Shown: positions 12,372-25,112 of the stretch, in pieces | How the letters are laid out: the number at the start of each line of letters is the position of its first letter | How positions within the stretch are numbered: position 1 is the stretch's first letter | Source: Octopus bimaculoides | Lineage: Eukaryota | NCBI RefSeq assembly: GCF_001194135.2 | Contig: NC_069000.1 | Coordinates: 24,486,259-24,547,275 of the forward strand | DNA: 61,017 nt | Direction of reading: 5' to 3' | Made by a program: the position numbers and the translations under genes | Notes under the pieces: generated by a model | What the model was told of the DNA's origin: nothing | Seen by the model: the letters and a program-made list of their open reading frames with translations, nothing else | Database searches by the model: none

Positions 12372-12489
12372 ATAATTATAATGAGGGATTGGTTATAAGC
12401 CTCTTCATGCGCTGGCAAAATAGACGCCAAAAGACAATATTACCACCTTAAAATGGAGAGGCTTATAGCCAATCCCTTGTTATAATTAT
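12372..12489. mobile_element. 118-bp fold-back/MITE-like element
   Basis: 37-bp inverted repeats (33/37 match) around a 44-bp spacer. Confidence 0.75.
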
Positions 12490-12492
12490 GTA

Positions 12493-12849
12493 TCTATACT
12501 ATAAAAGGCAAATTTTCTGTGTGTGTGTGTATGTTTAAAATTCATACATTTACACAATTCCAAATTTCTTCGATTAAACAATCGCAATTAATATTCTAAA
12601 TACAATTTGTTAGGTCACTGCATCATTTTTTCACTCCAAAAATTTCCTAATAACGAATATAATCCATAAAACTACACGAGTAAACATTTTCTCCCTAATA
12701 AAATCTAATTTCCTCTTTCTAATACAAATCCTTTCAACTCCTACTTTCTCTTATGAACCCTTACGAAAAATCCAACAACAAATACAAAAAGAAAGGAAGG
12801 AGAAAAAAAAAACTATTTCAGTATCAAATCACATTTCGATACTGTAATG
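12493..12849 (+). mobile_element. Helitron-type 5' end running into a gap
   Basis: A|TCTATACTATAAAA start followed by a (TG)n tract, typical of Helitron/HINE termini. No 3' end is visible. Confidence 0.5.
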
Positions 12850-14040
12850 NNNNNNNNNNNNNNNNNNNNNNNNNNNNNNNNNNNNNNNNNNNNNNNNNNN
12901 NNNNNNNNNNNNNNNNNNNNNNNNNNNNNNNNNNNNNNNNNNNNNNNNNNNNNNNNNNNNNNNNNNNNNNNNNNNNNNNNNNNNNNNNNNNNNNNNNNNN
13001 NNNNNNNNNNNNNNNNNNNNNNNNNNNNNNNNNNNNNNNNNNNNNNNNNNNNNNNNNNNNNNNNNNNNNNNNNNNNNNNNNNNNNNNNNNNNNNNNNNNN
13101 NNNNNNNNNNNNNNNNNNNNNNNNNNNNNNNNNNNNNNNNNNNNNNNNNNNNNNNNNNNNNNNNNNNNNNNNNNNNNNNNNNNNNNNNNNNNNNNNNNNN
13201 NNNNNNNNNNNNNNNNNNNNNNNNNNNNNNNNNNNNNNNNNNNNNNNNNNNNNNNNNNNNNNNNNNNNNNNNNNNNNNNNNNNNNNNNNNNNNNNNNNNN
13301 NNNNNNNNNNNNNNNNNNNNNNNNNNNNNNNNNNNNNNNNNNNNNNNNNNNNNNNNNNNNNNNNNNNNNNNNNNNNNNNNNNNNNNNNNNNNNNNNNNNN
13401 NNNNNNNNNNNNNNNNNNNNNNNNNNNNNNNNNNNNNNNNNNNNNNNNNNNNNNNNNNNNNNNNNNNNNATATATATACACTTAAGACTTAGTTGTGGGT
13501 TGGGAGTTTGATTGGCAGAGGTCATTATTATTATTATTAGTTATTTATTATTATTATTATTTTAAATTTTTCCCACAACAGCGGCTTCGGGCAGGTGGAG
13601 AATAGTCGATTATATTGACCCCTGTGTTCAACTGGTACTTATTTTTTAGACCCCGAAAGGATGAAAGGCAAAGTCAACTTCGGCGGAATTTTAACTCACA
13701 CACTCATACATACAAATATCTGTCATTCTTTTCCAAATACGATCGACAGTCAAACATTTATTCCTTACAAACTGAATTTTTTTAATATCTTTCTTAAAAC
13801 GCATTTACTCACTACCATATATAGACACAGAATACACATTAATACACACATACATATAAATACCTGTCATTTTTTTTTTATTTAGTGTGTTGCCCATCTT
13901 AATATATAATGCTGAAGTTCTGTACTTACTAACATTTTTTTATTTAGTGTGTATGTGTGTGTGTGTTGCCCATATATATATACACTTAAGACTTAGTTGT
14001 GGGTTGGGAGTTTGATCTGCAGAGGTCATTATAATTATTA

Positions 14041-14168
14041 TTCAGATTAACACCCGCACGATTTTCACTAGGGTGTTAGGGTTACGGTTTTAGGGTTACG
14101 ATGAGGGTTAGTCTTACGGTTACGGTTTTAGGGTTAGGGTTACGTAATCGTGCGGGTGTTAATCTGAA
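14041..14168. repeat. Perfect 23-bp inverted repeat enclosing degenerate TTAGGG/TTACGG telomere-like repeats
   Basis: TTCAGATTAACACCCGCACGATT (14041-14063) and its exact reverse complement (14146-14168). Confidence 0.9.
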
Positions 14169-14918
14169 AAATCACCGAAATGTGAAAACTACCGATCTTC
14201 CCACCTGTTATAACTTTTGTTGTTCTGTTTAATATGTATATAGATTATGCCTCCAAACAAGAGAGCTTGCTGCGGAAAGAAAGCAACCGGTTTAAAAAGA
14301 CAGCAACAGATTGCAGCAATTCACCACATTCCCAAAGCTACTTTGAACATAATGCAAAACGGTGCATCATCTACTGCCCAATCTGATAGAATTCTGTCAG
14401 AACTGTGTAGCAACAGATCACCAGCAATTGCTTCATCACAAATTGCCGTCCTACCTCCTGCGAAAAGGAATTACCCTGCTATGTATAATCAAGGCAGCGC
14501 AAAAAGTTGTTTTGCACAAGCATTTCTATAGCCAATTAGACGGATGAAATTTACATACACTTAATAATGTTACGCAAAACAGCCTTCAGACTTTCCCTAT
14601 TAATTTCATCGTCTTTTGAATTATGAACATATTTACATCATAAGGGTTTTTTCATTGTAAGGCTTTCTTTTTTAGTTGATTTTCACCTAGCAAGACTTAT
14701 CGTAGATGGCGTAATAAGTCACAACGTCGGGTTATACTGCTAGTATAATTATAAAATATTTGTAAAATTTACCTATAAGGTCTTTATTTCCACACTGTTA
14801 TTAATGATTTTTACCCTTTATTATATACACACACACATATATATATACATACACATACATACACATATATTCACACACACATACCTATACATGCACATAC
14901 ATATATATATCACTCACA

Positions 14919-14974
<56 letters not shown>

Positions 14975-15259
14975 GTGCTAACATAGTTTAACATTTTAAA
15001 TTTTAATATTTAAAATGGCAAGGTATAGTTTGAAAGAGGGATTTGGCTGCTATTTCTAGCAGGTTGTGTAAAAACATTGGATCAACTGAACCACTTCTAT
15101 TTGTGCAGATGACATCACCAAATAATTTATTCTCTGAACTTTTCAATTTTCCCACAACATACAAGACCATATATTTAATTCATGAATCTTCTTTTGTTAG
15201 TTACCTGTGAATGAAAGGGATAAAAGGCAAGAGAGCAGTAGTAATAATTAAGAGATTAC

Positions 15260-15349
15260 CTGGCATTCAGACAAGTAGACCAACATTTCTACAGCTTCAT
15301 AGTTGTTAGATGACAGAGCAGACAGGGAGACTTTGGTGTCCAATGCCAA
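15260..15349 (-). CDS. NCKIPSD: NCKIPSD/SPIN90-like exon LALDTKVSLSALSSNNYEAVEMLVYLSECQ
   Basis: tttcccttgtgttgcag acceptor and GTAATC donor. 90 nt, phase 0-0. Resembles [30 protein letters not shown] (recalled). Confidence 0.85.
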
Positions 15350-17155
15350 CTGCAACACAAGGGAAATAACTCTGGTTAGACATGAAAGATGAGAGTTTTG
15401 TTTGTTTCTTTTTTTGATTTTGGGCGAATTTAACACACAATTGGTGGCGACAGCAGCAACAACAGAAGTGTTTTCATGGATGATTGGAAACGAATGATAC
15501 TAGTGTAACAGTGACACTCGTGGGCAATTATCACATGAAAGTTGTGCTTTTGTAGTTTTCCTCTACCATATTCACTCAGAAGGCATTGGTCAGTCTGGGA
15601 CTGTAGTAGAAGACAAGTAGTCAGGCAGAAGGGCTGAACTCAAAAGCATGTCATTGGGAAGTAAATTTCTCAGTCATACAGGGCAATCTTTTGGTATCGA
15701 CAACATTCACCCTCTTTCTCAACCTCTCTATGTTATGAGGGAACATTGTGTAGAGGAATGACATAGATGAAAGCTTGCTCCATACAGCCATGCCTACACA
15801 TACTGTAAACCTTACCTGTATTGATGACCAGTACACACATGCATGCACACACACATACATACATACATACATACATAAAAACATGCATGTATATATACAT
15901 ACATACATGCATACACATATACATACATGCATGCATATATATATTTATTATTATGAAAAGATGGTTATTCAGCAGCTTCTCCTAAGGTATTATTGAGGTG
16001 AGATGTCTCACACCTCAATCTCACTGACTTTAGACTTCTCATGCACCATCTGTGTGTGTGTGTGTGTGTGTGCATGTGTGTGAGTGTATATGCATATGTG
16101 TGTGTGTGTGTGTGTGTGTGTGAGTGTTATATATGTTACATATATACTGGTTTCAAAATTTGGCACAAGGCCAGCAGTCTTGTGAGAGGGGACAAGTTGA
16201 TTAGACCAACCCCAGTGCTCAACTGGTACTTATTTCCTTGACCCTGAAAGGATCAAAGGCAAAGATGGCCTCTGCGGAATTTGAACTCAGAATGTATACA
16301 CGGATGAAATATCACTAAGCATTTTACCAGGCATGATAACAATTTTGCTACATATATATCATTGGTTTGGTGGAACAAACCAGAGAAACAGAACTCAATA
16401 CATGAGTATACATAAGTGTGTGTGTGTACCAAATATATTTATATATATATATGCATGTATGTATACACATACATACATACTGCAGATTGTAAATTTATAT
16501 TTATATCCTTAAACACTTGTTTCCTTTGTTATCATCCAAATTGGAATGATAAATCATTGTTTCTTTGTGAAAAACCTGCCCCTTCATTGTATGGAACATT
16601 CAATGAACTAAATAACCCTTTCTACTATAGGCACAAGTTCTGAAATTCTGGTGGGAAGGATTAGTCAATTATATTGACCCCAGTGCTTAACTGGTATATA
16701 TTTCATCAACGCTGAAAGGATGAAAGGCAAAGCTGGTGGCTTTTGGTTGCTGCTAAGCATTTTGTCTGGCACAATAACAATACTGTCAGCTCATTGCCTT
16801 CAATGAATTGAATAATAAAGATATCAAACATACAAAATAATCCTTTCTATTAGAAGAACGTGGCATGAAATTTGGGGGCAGGGGCCTAGTCGATTACATC
16901 GACCCCAGTGCTCAAATGATACTTCATCGACCCTGAAAGGATGAAAGGCAAAGATCACCTTGGCGGAATTTGAACTTAAAACATAAAGATGGATGAAATC
17001 CTGCCAAGCATTTTATCAGGCATAAACGATTTCACCAAACATTATTCATAGATTGTAGGCATCTTTTATGCTTTACTTGTTTCAGTCATTATACTGTGGC
17101 CATGCTGCAGCACTACCTTGAAGGGTTTAGTCAAATAAATTGACCCCATCTTTTA

Positions 17156-17189
<34 letters not shown>

Positions 17190-18065
17190 NNNNNNNNNNN
17201 NNNNNNNNNNNNNNNNNNNNNNNNNNNNNNNNNNNNNNNNNNNNNNNNNNNNNNNNNNNNNNNNNNNNNNNNNNNNNNNNNNNNNNNNNNNNNNNNNNNN
17301 NNNNNNNNNNNNNNNNNNNNNNNNNNNNNNNNNNNNNNNNNNNNNNNNNNNNNNNNNNNNNNNNNNNNNNNNNNNNNNNNNNNNNNNNNNNNNNNNNNNN
17401 NNNNNNNNNNNNNNNNNNNNNNNNNNNNNNNNNNNNNNNNNNNNNNNNNNNNNNNNNNNNNNNNNNNNNNNNNNNNNNNNNNNNNNNNNNNNNNNNNNNN
17501 NNNNNNNNNNNNNNNNNNNNNNNNNNNNNNNNNNNNNNNNNNNNNNNNNNNNNNNNNNNNNNNNNNNNNNNNNNNNNNNNNNNNNNNNNNNNNNNNNNNN
17601 NNNNNNNNNNNNNNNNNNNNNNNNNNNNNNNNNNNNNNNNNNNNNNNNNNNNNNNNNNNNNNNNNNNNNNNNNNNNNNNNNNNNNNNNNNNNNNNNNNNN
17701 NNNNNNNNNNNNNNNNNNNNNNNNNNNNNNNNNNNNNNNNNNNNNNNNNNNNNNNNNNNNNNNNNNNNNNNNNNNNNNNNNNNNNNNNNNNNNNNNNNNN
17801 NNNNNNNNNNNNNNNNNNNNNNNNNNNNNNNNNNNNNNNNNNNNNNNNNNNNNNNNNNNNNNNNNNNNNNNNNNNNNNNNNNNNNNNNNNNNNNNNNNNN
17901 NNNNNNNNNNNNNNNNNNNNNNNNNNNNNNNNNNNNNNNNNNNNNNNNNNNNNNNNNNNNNNNNNNNNNNNNNNNNNNNNNNNNNNNNNNNNNNNNNNNN
18001 NNNNNNNNNNNNNNNNNNNNNNNNNNNNNNNNNNNNNNNNNNNNNNNNNNNNNNNNNNNNGGCAC

Positions 18066-18314
18066 ATAAAATACAGCATTTTGAGCGTGGCCATTGCCAG
18101 TACCGCCTGACTGGCCTTCGTGCCGGTGGCATGTAAAAGCACCCACTACACTCTCTGGGTGGTTGGCGTTAGGAAGGGCATCCAGCTGTAGAAACTCTGC
18201 CAAATCAGATTGGAGCCTGGTGTTGCCATCTGGTTTCACCAGTCCTCAGTCAAATCGTCCAACCCATGCTAGCATGGAAAGCGGACGTTAAACGACGATG
18301 ATGATGATGATGAT
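18066..18314 (+). mobile_element. SINE/RTE-tail family C ending in (GAT)n (other copies ~5690-5830, 19480-19630, 25950-26277, 33095-33345, 35040-35275, 49313-49772, 57186-57450, 60784-61017)
   Basis: GGAAGGGCATCCAGCTGTAGAAAC...CCCATGCTAGCATGGAAAGCGGACGTTAAACGATGATG. The same tail ends the RTE LINE at 26305. Confidence 0.88.
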
Positions 18315-18492
18315 CATGGACTTCCACATAGTTTCTGTCTACCAGATTAACTCAAAAGGCATTGGTTGGCAAGGGCTATGGTAGAAAATGCTTGTCCACG
18401 ATATCGCACTGTGAGACTGAACCTAAAAGTGGTTGCAAAGTGAACTTACACATAAATTACATATATATACATCACATATATTACATACATAC

Positions 18493-18651
18493 CAGTTCTG
18501 TGATAACAGTCTGAAGGTATTTAGACAATTTCCTATTTGCTTCTTCTGTGAAATGGTGGTCTTCTTGTCGACACAATACGGTAACCTCTTCCACGTGTCC
18601 AAGAGCCGTAAGTAAATCCTTTGCGAGAATATTTGCATCTGGGCCATGTAA
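18493..18651 (-). CDS. NCKIPSD: NCKIPSD/SPIN90-like exon LHGPDANILAKDLLTALGHVEEVTVLCRQEDHHFTEEANRKLSKYLQTVITEL
   Basis: tttctttgctatag acceptor and GTATGT donor. 159 nt, open, phase 0-0. Not shown in the supplied ORF track because it has no start codon. Confidence 0.85.
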
Positions 18652-19902
18652 CTATAGCAAAGAAACAAAACATTATATGTTTACTATATATATACATGTA
18701 TGTATGTATTTTAGCTATTTAAAAATACACTAAAATTGTTACATGAATGTTCACTTTTTACTAGTTTTAGTCATTCAATTTGTACTGTTTTATCAATTGC
18801 AAATAACTGATATGCAAAGTTTGGTATTCAAACAAGCTTTTCAGAGCAGTTTTAAGAAAACTGGCACAAATTTTCAAAGAGTAACAGATAATATTAGAAA
18901 GTAGTTTAGAATGAAAATTTTTCTTGTAAATTAAAATAATACATGCATATATATTTACACATACCCACATATAAGAAAATGAGATGGCAAGGGAATAAAC
19001 AATTATCTTATGGACTTCATTAACTTACAGCTGTTCCTACTAAAGGGTCCAGTGGATTCAGTTGAGTGCAGTGAGTAACACCCTATAGCTTCATTGGAAC
19101 CTCAAATATAAGCTGTGATGTAAGAAGCTTGTTTCCCAACTACATGGTTCCAGGTTCAGTTTCACTGTGTGGCACCTTAGGCAAGTGTCTTCTACTACAG
19201 CCTCAGGCTGTACAAAGCCTTGTGAGTGGATTTGGTAGACAGAAACTGAAAGAAGCCTGTCGAATATATATATATATGTATATAGTTGTGTGTTTGACCC
19301 TCCACCAATGCTTCACAACTGATCTTGGTGTTCATGTCCTCATAACTTAGCAGTTCAGCAAGAGACTGATAGAATAACTACCAGGCTTACAAAGAATAAA
19401 TCTAGGGGTCAATTTCTTTGACTAAAAGGTGGTGCTCTAGCATGGCCACAGTCAAAATGACTGAAACAAGTAAAAGAATATATCATCATCATAATTTAGC
19501 ATCTGTTTTCCATGCTGGCATGGGTTAGACTGGGAATAGTTGGTAAGCCAGAGAGCTGTACCAGGCTTCAGTCTGATTTGGTTTGGTTTCTACAGCTTGA
19601 TGCCCTTCCTAATACCAACCATTCCAAGAGTGTATATATATATATTCAAATTACGCAATAGAAGCAGCACTATAATGAAAACACTATCAATACAGCATCA
19701 TTAATTTAATGGTGCTATTTAAATGCCGGAACTGCAGACTTTTATCAGACAATACGGGATTTTTTTGCAGACAAAAAACAGCAGCTTCTGGTATTTAAAT
19801 AACACTCATTCATTAAATATGTTGTACAGATAATGTTTATAACACTACCACTGTTTCTAATTCATATTTGAATGTGTATGTATGCATGTATGTATGTATA
19901 TA

Positions 19903-21308
19903 CAGTATCTTACAGAAGTATGTACACACCTAAAAAATTTCAGTGAAACTGCCATTACTCTGATGATATTGAAGGAAATCAAACGAAATTTATATTGAAT
20001 AAAATATATTATACATGCAAACATTATACAAATTTGGAACACAAAACAATAAACATTTTCAAAGATATGAATGAAATATTAATTTTAAAACGATACACAA
20101 ATATGTACACCCTAAAGGATTATTTGCTATATTCAATATTTGGTGTGACTGCCCTTGCTTTCAATGACTGCATTAAGCCTTCTGAGCATAGGGTCACATA
20201 TAACTGATGAAATCGATTTCCATTCATCCTGGATGAGGTCTTTCAACTGTGTTACATTGCAGGATTTTTTCTCCTCAACCTTCCTTTTCAAAACACCCTA
20301 CAGATGTTCTATCAGGTGACATGGTAGGCTAAGGTGATACCTTTACCTTTTTATCTGATAAAAACTTAGACATCATCTCTGAAGTGTGTTTAGGGTCATT
20401 ATCATATTGGAACGTGGAATGTCTTCCGAGTTCCTTGATGTGTTTCAACATTGTTTTCTGCAATATGTCACAATAGAGCTTTGAATCCATTATTCTCTCA
20501 ATAAATGTGAGTCCTCCCACACCAGCTGCACTTATGCATCTCCAAAGCATAACAATTCCACTGCCGTATTTCACAGCAGGCACGGTGCATTTGTAGCTAT
20601 TATCTTTACCTGGTCGTTGCCATACTCACTTAATACCATCTGACCCAAGCTGATTTTAGTCTTGTCAGCTGATTTATGCTTGGTAGTGAGGAGAGACTTC
20701 CTATGTTGAATGCATCCATGAAGGCCACACTGGTTTCAAACTTTGGTAAACTGTTTGGGTGGGTACACTCGTTCCACTAACAGAGGACATTTCTTAGGCC
20801 AAAGATGAGGCGGTACGATGCCTGTTGTCCATTATGCAATGTTGGATGTGGCGAATATTATGTGCAGTTAAAATAGGACAACCTGCACAATGTTTATTGC
20901 TTAGCTATCCAGTAGCTTTGTACTTCTGAATGACTTTAGTAACTGTGTTTATGCTAATATGCATTCATTTGCTTGTATCCTAAACCATTCTTGTGGAAAT
21001 AAAAATGATTTTCTTCAAATCTTCAGACAATTTTTTTCCTTTTGGTGCCATTTTAAATCACAATGAAGATTTTCACCATGGTACACAGATCAGGATGCCT
21101 GCAGATGCAATAACAACGACTGGTGCAGAAATGCCAGGAGAAATAATTTATTAGAATTGAAATACTTGAATTTAATAAAAACAAAGTGGATAAAATACTG
21201 AATATAGCAAATTTCCTTTTGAATATTAATATATCATTGAAAATGTTTATTGTTTTGTGTTCCAAATTCGTATAATGCTTGCATGTATAATATATTTTAT
21301 TCAGTATT
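19903..21308 (-). mobile_element. Tc1 transposon with long inverted repeats, internally deleted; one TIR truncated
   Basis: VKYGSGIVMLWRCISAAGVG and FQYDNDPKHTS motifs. TA|CAGTATCTTACAG terminus. 19993-20140 is inversely repeated at 21195-21308. Confidence 0.9.
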
Positions 21309-21314
21309 AGAAGA

Positions 21315-21575
21315 ACACTGAAGGTCAGCTACTCTTGTTGCAAAAACTTCGCCTCTTTTATTAATCAGCAAAACACGAAAATTGTTACAAACAACTACAG
21401 TGCTGAATCTAATCTGAGGAACTGCAAAGATAAGACTTGCTGTCTGTTGGAAGGTAAATGTCTTGAAAAAGGAATTGTTTATAGAGCTAAAGGGCAAGTA
21501 GATGGCTCATATGAATATAAAACATAACAGGGGGTTTGGAAAATTCATTCAAGACTTGATTCTATTCCCACTAAA
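21315..21575 (+). mobile_element. Penelope-like element fragment (linker and start of GIY-YIG)
   Basis: SYSCCKNFASFINQQNTK, then NCKDKTCCLLEGKCLEKGIVYRA. Confidence 0.75.
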
Positions 21576-21599
21576 TACATATACATATATATGCATATA

Positions 21600-22085
21600 T
21601 GGGTACAGGACATCACCAACAGTAAACGTGAAATAAGAAAACAAATGAGTTAAATACGCAAACAATGAGAGAAAAAGAAATGGAAAACAGGGCAAGTAAC
21701 ACAAAGAATGACACTTCATCAGTTGTTGGCTGTCTATCTACTCCTCATTTCGAGCACTGAATGCCAACACGAGTCTTCAAAGACAGTTGCTCCCATAAAT
21801 ACCAAAGTAAAATTTAGGATTTTATGGAGGATTAAAGTTGGGAATAAAAACAGGACAATGGAGACATACAAGGAAACTGAATGAAAACAAACATGGAGAA
21901 AAGATAGAAGACATCCTAGAGGAAAAGAAAGATGGTCATGAGGAAATGAAAGATGGACAATGGTCACGTGTGAGCAACGTGAGCGAGAAAAAGAGAAAGG
22001 GGAGAGAGAGAGAGACAGATAGAAAACGGTGAAGGGGAGAAGAAGGGAATTAGAGAAGGATGGGGGAGAAAACAATATAGAGTAG
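21600..22085. repeat. Unclassified interspersed repeat; second copy at ~25235-25780
   Basis: Shared GTACAGGA..TCAC, CTTCATCAGTTGTTGGCTGTC and GTCACGTGTGAGCAACG blocks in both copies. Confidence 0.75.
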
Positions 22086-24496
22086 AGTCACATCAAAAAG
22101 GTTAAGATAAACTTACTTGTGTATGTATATGTGTATATACATTTATATATGTGGGCATGTATTTGCATAAATATTTACTTGTATATTTGTATGCGTGTCT
22201 ATATGCGTGTGTATTTGTATGTATGTTTGTATTTATGTAGATATACATGTAATTTTGTGTGCGTTTTTATATGTGCACGTTTCACAAGCTAAACGAACTA
22301 TCTAACCTTTGTTAGATACTTAATGCCATCATTTTACTCTCTGCCTCTATCTATTTTTTTCCCTTTCTCTCTCTAATTTTCTGATTCTTTTTCTTCCTTT
22401 CCCCTTTTGCTTTCTCTCTCCCACCCACTTGTTATTCTCTGATTTTTTCCTTTTCTTTCTTTCGCCTGTAACAACTAACTTGTATAAGCACGCACCAGAA
22501 GATTTTGTGCACGTGCATGTGTGTGCGTGCATACAATTATATGCATTTGTATATATATTTATGTTTTGCCTATATATGTCTGTATATGTATGTAGCCATG
22601 TACCTACGTCTGTATGTTTAGTGTATATACGTATATTATAGATTGTTTGGTATGTGTGTATATTGCTAAATGTATATGTAATTTAGCGAGAAAAATTTTT
22701 AAACAGATATATCTTTTAATTTATTAATTTATTATTATTTTTACAACTAATTATTTACCTTGGGTACTCAGGCCTTTTCCCTTCTTTATAAGCTATTTCT
22801 GATTTAATGCTTTCTTCGATATTCATAATAATATGATTTTAAACAGCAATTTGTTATTTCATGCAACTGGTTATTGAAAAGACCGTTAATTGAAAGGACC
22901 AATAAAACAAAACCATTTTCAAATGTGTATCCATCAAAGTAATTGTATTTCTGCATATAGTTTTATCTTGCTTCATTCTAAACAAAACTGTCCGACGAAT
23001 GGGAACGTGAAACTCTGAATAACAGCTTCTGTGATATTTTTGCTGCTTTTTTATAAAGCATATTACTCTATCTCTGGTATTCGAGTACTATTTTTTCCAC
23101 CTTGTTTCGCACTTATGTGCTTACTCTGGTATATATATTTATACGCGCGCATGCACACACACACACATCATACATATAAATATGTAATATAGAGTGCAAT
23201 GATTATTCATTAATTGACATAGAAATTTAAGTTCCTGGATATAAGTTTTTATGCTTGCATTATTCAATAAATATGTATACATATATGCATATATACATGT
23301 ATATGTGTATGAATATAGGTATATGTGTGTGCATGTCTGTGTGTGATGTGTTCAGTGCTTATATACAAATGTGTATTTAAAACGTTTTAGAAAACTTACC
23401 CAGCAAAAGAAGGCGGAACATCGCAAGTGTTCAATGGAATTCTGAAATATAGAGTTTCTAGACTTTAGTTAGTGGTCATAATATTTCTATTACTTTGCTT
23501 GGGTATATTTAAACATTTTGCCCATTATGATAGGTTTTGGCCCATTCAACTTCACCTTTATGAAAGTCTTTTTCTACGTGGTCAATACACGAATTGTAAG
23601 GGTGTTAAATAACTGTATATGAGTTGTTTCACTTCAGCTCCACTCCGATGGTGCTCAATCCCATTCTTATTCATGTTCTATTCACTATGATATTCCAGTT
23701 ACCAAATCTTTCTGCAGATTTAAGTATTGTACCGTCAACGTACATTTTAATGAAACATGGTATTTTAAAAAAATGTATTTTTCTCATTCTTTTCTAATTT
23801 ATTTACAGTTTGACATTATCAAAAGGCCAGTGATTTTTGAAGGACATTAGCAGTACCTTGCACTAAGTTTAGTCAAATAGTTATAATAGGGAACTTGAAC
23901 AGGTGGGGATATTCTAATTTTGTTTTACAAAACGTAAAGTTAGAATTAGGATGACCTTTATCAAGTTTTGATAAATTCGTGACAGTGCATATTTCATATA
24001 TTTGTAATAGTATTTGATATAGATTCTTAATCATGTCTGTTGTGTACTTCAAAGGAGAGATAAGCTCATAGCAAACCAAATCTCGTAGGTAACCTCAATT
24101 CTAGATTCTAGTTACGCTGTTACGACTGATGCCAACAATGTACTTGAATTTTACATTATTTTAAACAATGCATAAACTTATTTAGAGTCTGACAGAAAAA
24201 GATGTTTTGGTAAGACGTCGCGCACTTCATTCGTTTACGTAATCCTAACTTGCAGGGTTCACTTTTTGAATTTGTGGATTACTGGAGGCCATGCAAAAAC
24301 TGAAAAAACAAAACAAAAAAACAACAACAACAAAAACAAACAAAGAAACAAAAACAACAAAAACAAACAAAGAAACAAAAACAACAACAAAAACANNNNN
24401 NNNNNNNNNNNNNNNNNNNNNNNNNNNNNNNNNNNNNNNNNNNNNNNNNNNNNNNNNNNNNNNNNNNNNNNNNNNNNNNNNNNNNNNNNNNNNNNA

Positions 24497-25057
24497 CTGC
24501 CTTCTTCCAACTGTTAAACATGGAGGAGGATCTGTGATGATCGGGTGGAGGTGGGGGGACTATATCTTGGAAATCCGCCAGCCCAATGGTTTTCCTTTAT
24601 GGCAGAATTAATAATCAAGACAATTTAAGCATTTTATCTGATCAACTTCATCCTATGGTTGCGGAACTGTTTCTGGAGGGAAACGCAATCTTTCAGGATG
24701 ATAATGCACCAATTCACACAGCTAAAGTTGTTACTAAATGGCATGAGGAACATTCTGGTGAAGTTGAACATCTTATCTGGCCACCACACTCCCCAGATCT
24801 CAATATTATTGAACATTTATGGTGCATGTTAGAAAAACATGTAAGGAGTCGATATCCTCCAACATCATCACTACAAGGACTAGAGACTGTTTTAGGTGAA
24901 GAATAGACAAAAATTCCCTTGGAAACAATTCAAACTTTGTATGAGTCCATACTTCGTAGAATTCAAGCTGTAATTACTGCCAAAGGTGATCTTACCCCAT
25001 ATTAAAATAAATTTGTTTGAAATTTTAAGGTGTTTCCATTATTTTGTCCAACCCTTG
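24497..25057 (+). mobile_element. Tc1-family transposon, 3' part with right TIR; DD36E spacing
   Basis: PTVKHGGGSVM and FQDDNAPIHTAK...WPPHSPDLNIIEHLW motifs. GGTGTTTCCATTATTTTGTCCAACCCTTG|TA end. Confidence 0.92.

Positions 25058-25112
<55 letters not shown>

Noticed and set aside
19958-19995. CTGATGA...GAAA near the Tc1 TIR
   Set aside because: No valid 10.1-11.1 pair, stem III or stem I; it lies inside a Tc1 terminal repeat.
22758-22960. Possible small minus-strand exons (EIAYKEGKRPEYP; KYNYFDGYTF...)
   Set aside because: Phases do not fit the phase-0 host intron, acceptors are weak, and there is no homology.
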